A DNA stretch of 63,691 bases, filler included, from Myxococcota bacterium (GCA_023150835.1; 3 parts of 3 records of this genome joined end to end with filler, not necessarily neighbours in it), one strand, 5' to 3'. Positions 9,525-19,528 are shown, counted from the first letter of the whole stretch. Notes: generated by a model from the letters alone, not told the origin. A program made the numbers and translations.

Positions 9525-11936
9525 ATGCCGAAAAGCACACCCGTTGAGGCGCTATCTGCTGCAAAACTACGTCGCCGCGTCGATCCTGCGCGCTTACAAG
9601 AACTTGAACGAACGATGACTGCCCCTGTTGATGCGGATCTTGTTGGCCAAGGCCGCGCCGTCGATGCGTTGTCCTTTGGTTTGGATATCGGTGTAAAGGG
9701 CTACAACGTCTTTGTGGTCGGCCCTCCGGGAACGGGGAAGACCAGTACCGTCCTGCGTTTGGTGCGCGAACGCGCTCGCAAAGAATCGCGCCCCCACGAC
9801 ACATGTTATGCCTACAACTTCGACGATCCGCATCGACCGCAAGTGTTGACCTTGCCTTCGGGGGTGGGGGCCAAGCTCGACAAAGAGCTTCAACAAAGTA
9901 CCTTGGCGCTTTCGCGTTCTATCGGACAGGCGTTGACGGACGAACATCTGATCCATCCAACCACCGCCGCCATCGAACAAGCGCGTGAAAAGCTGCGCGA
10001 GATCATGGTCGAACTACAAAAGATCGCCCACAACTACCAGTTGGAGTTGGAATCTGAAGACGATCAGTTTCTGCTCGTTCCGCTGATCGACGGAAAGCCC
10101 ATCGAACCCGAGGTTTTTGAGGAGCTTTCTCCCGAAGTGCAAGTCTCGCTGCAACACAACATCGCGGAGTTTCAACAAGAAGCTGCTCCGTTGATCCACG
10201 CACAGCGCGAGCAAGAGCGCATTATCCACGATGAGACGGCGATTATCGAGCGCCAAGCCATCCAGATCCTTGTCGAAAAGACCTTTGAGTCCCTACTCAA
10301 GCGCTTTTCTGTACATGGCGAAGCGGTGGCGCATTATCTCGAAGGGATGCAAGAATATGTGCTGGATCATTACCGAGAACTGTTGATCGGTGTGCGCGGC
10401 AGCAGCGACCCGATGATGGAACCCCGTTCCATCCGTGAGGCCGAGATCCCAACGGCTTATCGTCTCAATGTCCTCGTCACACACAAACAGCGCGGTGCGC
10501 CCGTGGAATTCGAGAAAGAGCCGACGCTGCCCCATCTCTTTGGCTATCTCGAATACCAAGACACGCAACAAGGGCTTGCTGCCGATCACATGATGATCCG
10601 CGCTGGATCGTTTCATCGCGCCAACGGGGGCTATCTTGTGGTACAGGCCGATGAATTGCTCCGATCTTCCGATGTTTGGTTTGGTTTCAAACGCGCTTTG
10701 CGCCACCGCGAGATCCGTATGCAAGATCTCTGGGCCGATCCTGACAAACCCCGTATCCAAGGGGTTTTGCGCCCGATGGAAGTTCCCACCCATCTCAAGG
10801 TCTTGTTGATCGGGAGCGTGGAAAGCTATTACGCCCTGATGAGCGAAGACGAAGACTTCCGCCGCATCTTTAAGATCAAGGCGGAGTTTGAGCCTTGGTT
10901 GACATGGGACGATGAACACGAAGTCGCGATGATGCGGATGTTGCAGCGTGTGGCGAAAGAGGAACAACTGCTTCCTGTCGATCCTTCGGGAGCGGCGCTG
11001 ATGATCGAAGAAGCGGCCCGAGAGATCGAGTCCCAAAGCAAGATATCTGCTTCGATCGCCGACGGTATCGACTTGTTGTGCGAGGCGGATCATTGGGCGC
11101 GTCACCGAAAAGCCGACGCCATCGCAGCGGATGATGTGCGTCGCGCTTTGTCTTTTCGCAACTATCGCAACGAGATCCTCGAACGCAATATCCACGAATC
11201 CATCAACAAAGGCGAAACGCTGATCGACACAAACGCCCTTGTGATCGGGCAAGTCAACGGTCTGTTGGTGTACGCTGCCGTCGATCATCGCTTTGGTATC
11301 CCCACCAAGATCACAGCACGCACCTACGCAGGCGAAGACGGCATCCTCAACATCGACCGTGAAGCCAATCTATCGGGCATTATCCACGACAAAGGCGCGA
11401 TGATCCTTGTGGGTTATCTTGGGGGCCTTTTTAGCCAGCATCATCCGTTGTCTTTTAGTGCAAGCGTCACCTTCGAGCAGATCTACGGCGAGATCGAAGG
11501 CGACTCCGCTTCGTGCGCCGAGTTATACGCCTTGCTGTCGAGTCTTGCGCAAGCCCCCATCCAACAAGGTATCGCCATCACCGGCTCGATCAACCAACAA
11601 GGTTATCTCCAACCCATCGGCGAAGTGAACCTCAAAGTCGAAGGGATGTTTAAGATCTGCAAACATCGCGGATTGACGGGCAAACAAGGCGTGATCATCC
11701 CCATCCAAAATGCCGAACATCTCATGCTCTCCGAAGAAGTCATCCAAGCCGTCGAACAAGGTCTCTTTCACCTCTGGCCCCTCCACCACGTCGACCAAGG
11801 CATCCCGATCTTGATGGGCCTCAACGCAGGCACCCAACACGAAGACCTCTCTTGGACGCCCTGCTCTCTCTACCAACGCGTCCAGCAGCGTCTTGACCGC
11901 TTCCACGAGATCACTCGCTCTCAAAAAATCCGCTAA
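9525..11936 (+). CDS. Lon-family S16 protease, LonC/AAA_32 type
   Basis: VGQGRA, GPPGTGKT, YNFDDP, HRANGGYL, GQVNGL, catalytic EGDSAS and VNLKVEG. Confidence 0.9.
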   Translation: MPKSTPVEALSAAKLRRRVDPARLQELERTMTAPVDADLVGQGRAVDALSFGLDIGVKGYNVFVVGPPGTGKTSTVLRLVRERARKESRPHDTCYAYNFDDPHRPQVLTLPSGVGAKLDKELQQSTLALSRSIGQALTDEHLIHPTTAAIEQAREKLREIMVELQKIAHNYQLELESEDDQFLLVPLIDGKPIEPEVFEELSPEVQVSLQHNIAEFQQEAAPLIHAQREQERIIHDETAIIERQAIQILVEKTFESLLKRFSVHGEAVAHYLEGMQEYVLDHYRELLIGVRGSSDPMMEPRSIREAEIPTAYRLNVLVTHKQRGAPVEFEKEPTLPHLFGYLEYQDTQQGLAADHMMIRAGSFHRANGGYLVVQADELLRSSDVWFGFKRALRHREIRMQDLWADPDKPRIQGVLRPMEVPTHLKVLLIGSVESYYALMSEDEDFRRIFKIKAEFEPWLTWDDEHEVAMMRMLQRVAKEEQLLPVDPSGAALMIEEAAREIESQSKISASIADGIDLLCEADHWARHRKADAIAADDVRRALSFRNYRNEILERNIHESINKGETLIDTNALVIGQVNGLLVYAAVDHRFGIPTKITARTYAGEDGILNIDREANLSGIIHDKGAMILVGYLGGLFSQHHPLSFSASVTFEQIYGEIEGDSASCAELYALLSSLAQAPIQQGIAITGSINQQGYLQPIGEVNLKVEGMFKICKHRGLTGKQGVIIPIQNAEHLMLSEEVIQAVEQGLFHLWPLHHVDQGIPILMGLNAGTQHEDLSWTPCSLYQRVQQRLDRFHEITRSQKIR

Positions 11937-12047
11937 TACGATATCCGCGAGATGTGTCATCGAAGATGGGCGCGAAGACACCCTGTGATTGGGCCACAGG
12001 GGGCTGCCCCTACATCTTTAACGATCACGCTACAGGCGGATTTCGTA
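11937..12047. mobile_element. complete MITE (family A), 111 bp, TAA target duplication
   Basis: TAA|TACGATATCCG...CGGATTTCGTA|TAA; internal GGGGCTGCCCCTAC REP motif; left TAA is the lon stop codon. Confidence 0.85.
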
Positions 12048-12218
12048 TAATCTCCCGCACCCAAAGCATCCGCTAACTTCTCGCACTCAAAATGCTTTCT
12101 TCGATGGCTAAAAAAAAATCATCCATCGCACAATTTTCTTCTTGCCAAGTTGGACTCTCTATGCTAGTACATCACCCTGCAAACGCGGCGATGACAAGTC
12201 GCCGCCCTCGCAAACCTC

Positions 12219-12302
12219 GCCGAAGTGGTGGAATTGGTAGACACACTATCTTGAGGGGGTAGCGGGCGTAAGCTCGTGTCGGTTCGAGTCCGACCTTCGG
12301 CA
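12219..12302 (+). tRNA. tRNA-Leu(GAG)
   Basis: GCCGAAG/CTTCGGC acceptor stem, D-arm, CTATC-TTGAGGG-GGTAG anticodon arm, long variable arm, GTTCGAG T-loop; CCA not encoded. Confidence 0.95.
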
Positions 12303-12309
12303 CACTCTG

Positions 12310-12345
12310 AAAGCTCCAAGTGAAAAATCACTTGGGGCTTTTTTT
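12310..12345 (+). terminator. rho-independent terminator after tRNA
   Basis: AAGCTCCAAGTGA-AAAA-TCACTTGGGGCTT hairpin followed by a T run. Confidence 0.85.
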
Positions 12346-12434
12346 GTTTGTTCTTTCACGAAGAGAACTTCTTCGTATATCGGCCAAGCACAACACCATG
12401 CTACGCACCGCCGCTTGACGAGAGAGAAAAAAGG

Positions 12435-12546
12435 CGTGTTCGTGCCGATTCAAGCGACAGAGCTGTTGGTTTGAAAAACAACGATCCCTTCGCCAACACG
12501 GGGTCAAGGGGGCTTTGCTCCCTTGCGGGGTTTGGGGCAGCGCCCT
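12435..12546 (+). repeat. family B repeat, copy 2
   Basis: same conserved blocks as 7773, 30415, 40139. Confidence 0.8.
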
Positions 12547-12578
12547 AAAAAACCGATGGAATCAAACCAAGCGAACTC

Positions 12579-13045
12579 TCACTTGACGATCCAGTTGCCA
12601 CCGCGCCCTTTGGCGGGGATGGTGAGGCGCTGTCGCTGTCGGGTTGCGGAAAATTTTAGCTGAATGCCTGCAAGAGAAAAGCGGATCTCTTCTTCGTTTG
12701 GTGCTTCGGATGTTTGGTTTTTTGGGGCCGCTTCTTCCCAAGGGAAGGCCGCTTCGGAGTCTTCTGGAAGAACACGCACAGCACCCGCGAGATCTTCGCC
12801 AAGATAAGAGAGTAGAAAAAACTCCCTTTCAGTATGGACAGCAGCTTGCTTGGCGATCAGTTCTCGCAGGATTCCTTCGGGTAAAAGGTTGGAAAACCAA
12901 GCGTGTAGGCGTTGGCGTCGGTGGTGGATCGCGTCGAGGTTGTCCAAAAAGATCTGGCCCAAGACGGGTCTTTGCGCCATTTCTTTGTAACTATCGAGAA
13001 AGCGAAAGGATATCCCGGTCTGATCGTTTGCTAGAGTGAGATGGC
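12579..13045 (-). pseudogene. hipA: truncated HipA-family toxin (N-terminal domain plus start of kinase)
   Basis: WFSNLLPEG, LGEDLAGAV, FSLAGIQLKF, WIVK then stop; kinase core and a plausible start are missing. Confidence 0.75.
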
Positions 13046-14111
13046 GGTGGTACGGTGCTTTTTTGAGAGTGCATCGCGCCAAAGCCAACGGACAAGGAGT
13101 TCTTGGCTGCGGGGCAGTGGGGTGGGGTGGTGGTGAAAGAACTTGCCGAGGAGAACAAAGCTTTGTGGGTAAGGCAAAAGCTCGATGTGAGAGAAGGCTG
13201 CCTTTTCTTTTAGAAAGATCACAGCCCGTTTGGCGGCTTCTGTAGTTGAAATAGCGGACTCTTCGAGAACTTGGGCAGTCATGGAAAAGAGGTGCTTGCG
13301 GGAAGGCGTGCGTCCGAGGATAGCGAACAGCAAGCGAAAAAGCAGCGGGTGTGGGACTTTTCCAAAGGACAGGCTTTGAAGGTGTTCTGCGATCTGTGAA
13401 ATGTCGGTGGGAGCGTCTTTTGGGGCGCGTGCGCGGTCGATTGCGTCGAAGACTTCGTCTTGGCGCATTACTTTTGCTGTGGAGTGGGTACGTTCAAAGA
13501 CTTCGCGAGGGATATCTTCGGATGCTGTGCGGAGAATACACGCAGGGATCTCGTATTCACGGAGGCGTTTTGCAACGTGGAAGGCTTGCTGCCGTCGTTC
13601 GAGGCAGGGTTGCTGTTCAAGAAGCCATCGAGAGAGATGTTCTGGATCAAGCAGACGGGTCATCGGAAGCCAACGCGAAGGCTCTGCATCGGTCTGTTTT
13701 TTTATGCGCTTTTTTGAACGGTATGGGATCTTCGTGGTCGAGATCAAAGAAGAAGGCGGAGTCCTCTTCGGAGGGCCAAAACGCATCAAGCAGAGCGAGG
13801 ATGCGCTGTTGCCCATCGACAACCCAAAGAGCATCGTTGCGCTCGGAAGCGTGGATGGAGAAGCGGCCCAAGCGTACAAGGCTCGGAGGAGCGTGTGTTT
13901 CCCAAAACAGCAAGATGCCGATGGGATAACCGCGATAAAGGCTGTCAAGTAGTTTTTGGCGGTCGTGATCTTCCCAACGGAAGGGGTTTTGGAAAGGAGG
14001 GATGCGTACACGCCCGCGCTTCACATCGGCCAAGAGGCTTTCGATCTGAAAGGTTGTTGTTTCGGTGGTGCGGTCGAGATCTTGGGTGGATTTTTTCTTG
14101 TGTTCGTCCAT
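13031..14111 (-). pseudogene. DUF262 (ParB/sulfiredoxin-like) domain protein, frameshifted and probably C-terminally truncated
   Basis: IPPFQ..FRW, LLDSLYRGYPIG, VVDGQQR in 13647-14111; continues in another frame (EVFERTHS) after an A7 run at 13697-13703. Confidence 0.75.
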
Positions 14112-14211
14112 AAAAACAAGCCCTTCGCGGAAAAGGAAAGCAGCGACGCTGCCCTATTCTACACGAGGGATGGCAAAAGGGTTCACAAAAGATTTGCCTT
14201 GATCGGGTTCA

Positions 14212-15894
14212 TCAGCCTTTTGCCCACTCGCGCAGTTTCTCTTGTGCTTGCTTTTGGACGCCTTTGGGATTTTTTTCCCAACTGCCTGCTTTTTGCAACC
14301 CATCGATGATGGCTTTGGCCCATGCTGCGCGGTGCTCTTTGGGTGGAGCGTTTTGATCGATGCGCTGATTTTTCAGATACAAGAAGAACTTGTCGGGGCG
14401 CGCTGCAAACTCCGCAAAGATCTCTGCAACGCTGTCTTCGATGGAGAATTGCGCTGTTTGCTTGACTTCGGGAGGGCGGCCGAGCAGATGTTCTCGATGG
14501 AACTCCAGCCAACCTTTTTCATCGGCCCCGAACATCTGTCGAAAAGCCCACTCCACAAGAACGGCTTGATCGGAACCCTCTGGAAGACTTCGGAAGGTCT
14601 CGATGTCAGACTTCAAACCCGAAAGTAAGTTGGGAGCGTACCTTTGGGCTGCAAGCTTCCGGCAAAGCGGATGGAGCGTCGAAAAAGAATCCCATATCTG
14701 CCCAAGGTTGTTGGTTTTGACCCACGACGGTGTTGTGTCGACTTCTTGTGGGGCGGATTGGGGGGTGATCTCTGGTGGAGCGCTCAAAGGTTTGCAGGAC
14801 TGTTTCTCCGCCCATCCAAGGGCCTCATCTACAGGCCGGAGTGGGACTTGCGAATGGTCTTTGAACCACGCATGACCGGGAAAACCAAAGGAACGGGGGA
14901 GCCTCTCTGTGGCTTCAAAACAAAGCATCTTGCGTAGATCGTCGAGGGCTTGGTTGTCTTCAAAGAGTTGTTTGCGCTTTTCTTGGATATCTCTGGGGAG
15001 TTGCTGGAGGTAGATGGTTTCGGTGTTGTCGCCCATCTCTTCGCCAAGATAGCGCGCCCTTGCATCTTCGATCACCATCCGTTCGATCTCGATCTTGACC
15101 GAACCAAGCCCGAATGATTTGCCTCGTCCCATCTTGTGCAATAGGCCCGACTCAAGGGCAAGCGCGTAATGAAGCAGCGCCACCAAACGCGCATCAAGCC
15201 CCGCAAAGTTCACTTGAAATACGAACATGGAACCCGCCTTGACGGGATGAAGCGTCGAATAGCCCGTTTGTCCTGATTTGTTCGGGTCGCTCTTCGATAT
15301 CTTCGTTTGTGCGCTCTTTTGGTGGTGATAAAACTTCTGGCGTGAGATCCCCTGTTGAGGGCCATAAAAGGCGGTGTGATGGGCACGTGGAGAGCTTTGG
15401 TAGAGGTACAGGGTCTCGCCTCTTGCGACGAAAACTTGGTTGTCTTTTTGGTAGGGCTTGGCATCGCTGATCTGAACGCGCCCACGAAGCAGCTTGGCGT
15501 TTGGCCCGTGCGTCATGTTGCCAAATAGCGCGCAGGTCGGGCAGATATAGTCCCCGTCACACAAAAACTCTGCTTTATTCGATCCACCCGATACGATCGA
15601 AACACAGCCGCGCCCGGCAAACTCCGCTACGGAACGCACCACGCCCTTGATCGAGGCTCCCGGGATCTGCTGCGCTTCGTGGAAAGGTTTTGATTGGGCT
15701 TGTGCGTTGATCTCAAGTGGTGTATAGGCCACAAGCTTACATTCAAACCGTCCACTGTAACTTTTGGTGCTCCTGTGGGTTCTCGGATCCGAAAAGAAGG
15801 TCGAGATATCGCGTGGATAACAACGGTCGACAGGAGCGGGTCGCTGCAATATACGGAAGGGATACGTCACGTTTGATTTTGGATCTTGGGGCAT
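14212..15894 (-). CDS. cas7: type III-D terminal Cas7-group RAMP (Csm5/TIGR03986-like) with C-terminal extension
   Basis: TPL, IPGASIKGVVRS, CPTCALFG, KFYHHQ, HKMGRGKSFGLGSVKI. Confidence 0.85.
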   Translation of the reverse strand: MPQDPKSNVTYPFRILQRPAPVDRCYPRDISTFFSDPRTHRSTKSYSGRFECKLVAYTPLEINAQAQSKPFHEAQQIPGASIKGVVRSVAEFAGRGCVSIVSGGSNKAEFLCDGDYICPTCALFGNMTHGPNAKLLRGRVQISDAKPYQKDNQVFVARGETLYLYQSSPRAHHTAFYGPQQGISRQKFYHHQKSAQTKISKSDPNKSGQTGYSTLHPVKAGSMFVFQVNFAGLDARLVALLHYALALESGLLHKMGRGKSFGLGSVKIEIERMVIEDARARYLGEEMGDNTETIYLQQLPRDIQEKRKQLFEDNQALDDLRKMLCFEATERLPRSFGFPGHAWFKDHSQVPLRPVDEALGWAEKQSCKPLSAPPEITPQSAPQEVDTTPSWVKTNNLGQIWDSFSTLHPLCRKLAAQRYAPNLLSGLKSDIETFRSLPEGSDQAVLVEWAFRQMFGADEKGWLEFHREHLLGRPPEVKQTAQFSIEDSVAEIFAEFAARPDKFFLYLKNQRIDQNAPPKEHRAAWAKAIIDGLQKAGSWEKNPKGVQKQAQEKLREWAKG

Positions 15895-15913
15895 CGGTCA
15901 CTCCGCTGTCTTT

Positions 15914-16600
15914 TTACCGCCATCGCAAGGCGGCGTATCGTTCAAAACACGACTCTCCGCTTGGATTTTTGTACATCCGAACTTCCAGATGAAGGCGCTT
16001 TTTGGAGCCGCCTTGCTCTGCAAGCAGATCTTTGCTGCATAGCGAAAGTTGTTGTAGCTCGACATGGTATGTGTTGGAGGACGCTTCGCCTCTCGCCTTG
16101 GGTGCCTCGTTTGCATCGGAGGCATCGTCCGTATCGTCGGAAACATCGTCTTTATCGTCGAAAGACTCGTTGCTTTCGCCTGTTTCGCCTGTTTCGTCTT
16201 CGTCGAGGACGCTGTCGTTGTTCTCGTCGGATGAATCGGGCAACACGAACGATGGCGAGCGCTCCAATTCGTTGCGCAGTTCCAAAGAAGCGTCATCGAG
16301 TTCTGTTGGGGCATAAGCCGCGTCTTCGCCGAGATACACTACGCGATACACGCCACGATCCAGCCGCTTCCAGCGCAACTCCCCATCCTTCCAAAAGATG
16401 CGTACGTGCAGGCTGTCTTTGAGTGGGTGGTCCGCTTCTTTGAGGCGCTGCACTTCTTCTTTGAGGCGCTGCACTCGTCCCAGCCATGCTCGATCGATCC
16501 ACTCTGCCCAGATATACGCCTCTTTTGGCCAAGGCGCTTGTTCCAAAAGGGCGACCCACCGATCGGGGGCCAGATCCGAAGATCGTAGGATGCTGCTCAT
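15914..16600 (-). CDS. csx19: Csx19-like protein with acidic insertion
   Basis: RIFWKDGELRWKR motif; lies between Cas7 genes as in III-D; ATGA overlap with upstream gene. Confidence 0.7.
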   Translation of the reverse strand: MSSILRSSDLAPDRWVALLEQAPWPKEAYIWAEWIDRAWLGRVQRLKEEVQRLKEADHPLKDSLHVRIFWKDGELRWKRLDRGVYRVVYLGEDAAYAPTELDDASLELRNELERSPSFVLPDSSDENNDSVLDEDETGETGESNESFDDKDDVSDDTDDASDANEAPKARGEASSNTYHVELQQLSLCSKDLLAEQGGSKKRLHLEVRMYKNPSGESCFERYAALRWR

Positions 16601-17565
16601 CGCCCTCCCCCGCTTGATTCGGGCATCCCGTCGCGCCATACACGTGGCTGCAAGCCTTGATTCCACTGATCTTGCGGAAGGTAGGCTTGAAGAGCGCGTC
16701 GACTCCAAGACAACAGTTGCTTGCGTTTTTCTTCTGTATCCAGCGCGTACACGTTCCAGACGCCATCTTCTTGTGCAGGCGGCAAGATATCATCGAGCGC
16801 TTCAGGTGCTTTCCCAAAGCCATACTGCGCTTTTTCTTGTTTGGTTGCGCGAGCCTCGATGCCAAGGATCTTTTGGCCCGTATAATCGAACGGATAACGC
16901 AAGCTGATATGGCGGATGTGGGCCTTGACATGTCCCAAACCACGAGAGGTCCCCAGTCCCAACGGTAGGCGTTCTTCTTCCATGTCCCGCAGACCCAACG
17001 CCAACAGCCCCAACTGCCACGACTCGAAGTTCTCGATCGCAAGGGAGGTTTGGAAGATCCCTTTGATCACCACCATCAGATCGTACTTTGCGCCTGTGGC
17101 TGCGCCGCCTGTTTTTCGATCGATGGCAACCCCATCGCGCACTTCGGTTTTGACTTCACCTTTTGCGTAGCCGTCCGTAAAAAAGGTACGCCCTCGAAAC
17201 GCCAAAGAGCCAAAGATCTTGCAAGCCATACACGAACACCGATACAACTCAGGCGTCGGAAGTTCCGACTTTTCAAGGCGCTTTCCGCAAGAGCGCTCTG
17301 GATGCTCTGCTTCAAACAGATAAGGCAGACAAACGGGTGTTTTTTCTGGCAAAAGCGTACGCACGATGCGTTCGCAATGGCTGCGTAGCACGCCTTTGAG
17401 GCTGGTTCCCGGGATATAGGGTTTGGCCTCTTCGCCGATGGCGTAAGTGACCACAGGCGACATATCGGGACCGTGAATGCTTTCTTGGCCGCTTTTGATC
17501 AACAGCGGGCCTTTGACTTCGATATCAAATGAGATCTGTGCGCTACACAACAAACGCTTACGCAT
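16597..17565 (-). CDS. cas7: Cas7-group RAMP (Csm3/Csx7-like)
   Basis: PYIPGTSLKGVLRS, CMACKIFGS, RDGVAIDR, LGLGTSRGLG; candidate catalytic Asp (GPDM). Confidence 0.9.
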   Translation of the reverse strand: MRKRLLCSAQISFDIEVKGPLLIKSGQESIHGPDMSPVVTYAIGEEAKPYIPGTSLKGVLRSHCERIVRTLLPEKTPVCLPYLFEAEHPERSCGKRLEKSELPTPELYRCSCMACKIFGSLAFRGRTFFTDGYAKGEVKTEVRDGVAIDRKTGGAATGAKYDLMVVIKGIFQTSLAIENFESWQLGLLALGLRDMEEERLPLGLGTSRGLGHVKAHIRHISLRYPFDYTGQKILGIEARATKQEKAQYGFGKAPEALDDILPPAQEDGVWNVYALDTEEKRKQLLSWSRRALQAYLPQDQWNQGLQPRVWRDGMPESSGGGR

Positions 17566-18355
17566 GGGTGGCCTCCTGTTCCAAACCTTTGCGGAGATCG
17601 GCTTTAATCTCTTCCAATGTAAGGTTTTGCATGGTGCGATCGAGCAGATAAGGCAGCCGATCTTTGGGGCGGCGCAGATCGACGCGCTGGTAGGTGGCGT
17701 CTTTCAGTTCGGCTGCACCGAAGCCTCGCGTCGTCATCCCGCCCAAGTGGACTTCTCGCGTCCATTCGAGGAAGGTCATCTGTAGCAGCCGCTCTTCTTT
17801 CTCGGTGATATTTTCGGCTTGCAGCAAAAAGTCGAATTGTGCGCCCGCAGGCACCACATCGTAATCGTACTTGACGTTCGGAACCGCTGTTCCTGCGTCT
17901 CGATCGATCCCGACACCATCGCGACGTTCGAGGGCACCTGCCCACGAAGAACAAGGCCCATCTTGAAAATACACTTTTCCTTTGGCGAGGCTCGAACCAA
18001 ATAGCTTGCAGATATCACACAGATGCTTGTCGAGGATCGATTCGATCTCGTGTTCGCTTTTGGCGCGGTGTAGGGCCTCTAGGTATCTTTTGGAGAGCTC
18101 TTGGTTTCCGCCCGCGCAGACGCCTTGATGTTTATCCAAAAAGCAGGTCGAGGCTCCCAAAAAATGACACAGACGCTCTGTGGTCGAACGGAAGACGCCT
18201 TTGAGCGAAGAACCCGGCAACAGCGGCTTGCCTGCATAATCCAGCAATACGGACATATCCGTCCCTGACTCGCTTTCGTTGCCTGTTCCAAGATGAAACG
18301 CCGCCCGAAATACCAATTTCCCCGAAAGGCGGACGCGATTTTGTAAGTGCAGCAT
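17558..18355 (-). CDS. cas7: Cas7-group RAMP (Csx7-like)
   Basis: HLGTG..TD, LPGSSLKGVFRS, CDICKLFGS, RDGVGIDR, LGGMTTRGFG; start reset to MLHLQ after GAGGAG. Confidence 0.9.
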   Translation of the reverse strand: MLHLQNRVRLSGKLVFRAAFHLGTGNESESGTDMSVLLDYAGKPLLPGSSLKGVFRSTTERLCHFLGASTCFLDKHQGVCAGGNQELSKRYLEALHRAKSEHEIESILDKHLCDICKLFGSSLAKGKVYFQDGPCSSWAGALERRDGVGIDRDAGTAVPNVKYDYDVVPAGAQFDFLLQAENITEKEERLLQMTFLEWTREVHLGGMTTRGFGAAELKDATYQRVDLRRPKDRLPYLLDRTMQNLTLEEIKADLRKGLEQEATHA

Positions 18356-18425
18356 ATCGTCTCCTCGATGTCTGGTGCAGATCAAAGCACGCATCTGCGT
18401 TTGCCTTTGTGCGTGCCGTCTCGTT

Positions 18426-19022
18426 CTATCTCTTTGATGGCGGCTTGCCTTTCGACGCCTCTTGTTTTTTGGGCTCGTCTTTTCGTTGTTCGCCTTTTCC
18501 CTTGGGTTGGGCATTTGGGGTGTTGGCGCCTTGGTTGCCCTTGGGTTGGGCATTTGGGGCGCTGGTGGCTTGGTGGTTTTTGGAAGGATTGTCTTGGCTG
18601 ACGAATTGGGCTGCGAAGGTCAGTTTGGCTGCGACTCGTCCAACGAACAACAAACACAGCGCATCTTGAAGGGGCGGAGCGACTTGTTCGCACAAACCTT
18701 TGAGCGTGATCTGCCCGTTGTCTTGGGGCTGTTCGAGATATCGGCCCCACAACAGCCAAAAGGATTCGTAATTGCCTTCTTTGGTCTTGCCCGGATGCTG
18801 TTTTTCGTAGGCTTCTTTGTTTTTGCGATCGCGTTGTTTTTGATGGTTGACCAGCTCTCGCAAGCCTTTTTGCCCTGCGCCTGTGGTATGCGATACCAAC
18901 GCATGCAGTTGTGAACGCGAGATCGCTTTGTTTGGCGGGTTGGCTTGATAAGACTGATAAAACGCCTCGATAGAGGCTTCCAAAAGATCGTCGAAGGCTG
19001 CGGAACGAAGAGACTGCGCCAT
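18426..19022 (-). CDS. second small-subunit (Cas11/Csm2-like) helical protein
   Basis: ISRSQLHAL..LVNHQKQR..FW pattern; position within the cas operon. Confidence 0.55.
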   Translation of the reverse strand: MAQSLRSAAFDDLLEASIEAFYQSYQANPPNKAISRSQLHALVSHTTGAGQKGLRELVNHQKQRDRKNKEAYEKQHPGKTKEGNYESFWLLWGRYLEQPQDNGQITLKGLCEQVAPPLQDALCLLFVGRVAAKLTFAAQFVSQDNPSKNHQATSAPNAQPKGNQGANTPNAQPKGKGEQRKDEPKKQEASKGKPPSKR

Positions 19023-19026
19023 GACG

Positions 19027-19512
19027 TTATCTTCCCTTTTTGTCGATGGTTTCGTAAAGATAGGCGCTGTGAAGGTGACGTAAAGCAACCGAAGCGATCT
19101 TGAGACGCAAGGTGTTTTTCTGCTCGCCTTCTGCTTCGCCGATCTCTTGGCTGAACTGTTTTTGGTGCTCGCCCCATGCTTTGTCAGCTTTTTGACGGAG
19201 GCTCTCTAAAAAGCCGAGAGTGGCCTCACCCAGCGTCTGCTTCTTTCCGTCGTCCAAAGTCAGCCAGCCTTCTTGCTTTGACTTTTCTTTCCCTGTTTGG
19301 CGTTGGATGTAGGCCGTGATGTCGTGGAATCGTCGTGTCGAAAAGCCAAGAACTTCGAGGTGAGAGACTTGTGTCTTGCTTTTGCCGCTGCCGAAAGCTT
19401 TGGCCATGTGGCGCGCAAGTCTTCGGAGTTCCTTGAGCAGATCTTCGGACTCAAGCACTCCGTTGGCGGTTTTTTCAAAGGCAAGGGTGTATTCGCTGCT
19501 AAAGTTAGGCAC
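19027..19512 (-). CDS. cas11: small subunit Cas11 (Csm2-like)
   Basis: SKTQVSHL..ITAYIQRQTGK..GW; GTG start after AAGGAG; follows csx10. Confidence 0.65.
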   Translation of the reverse strand: MPNFSSEYTLAFEKTANGVLESEDLLKELRRLARHMAKAFGSGKSKTQVSHLEVLGFSTRRFHDITAYIQRQTGKEKSKQEGWLTLDDGKKQTLGEATLGFLESLRQKADKAWGEHQKQFSQEIGEAEGEQKNTLRLKIASVALRHLHSAYLYETIDKKGR

Positions 19513-19528
19513 GGGCGTTCTCCTTTTT

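Noticed and set aside
12579-13088. Intact HipBA toxin-antitoxin system
   Set aside because: The kinase core and an HTH antitoxin are both absent
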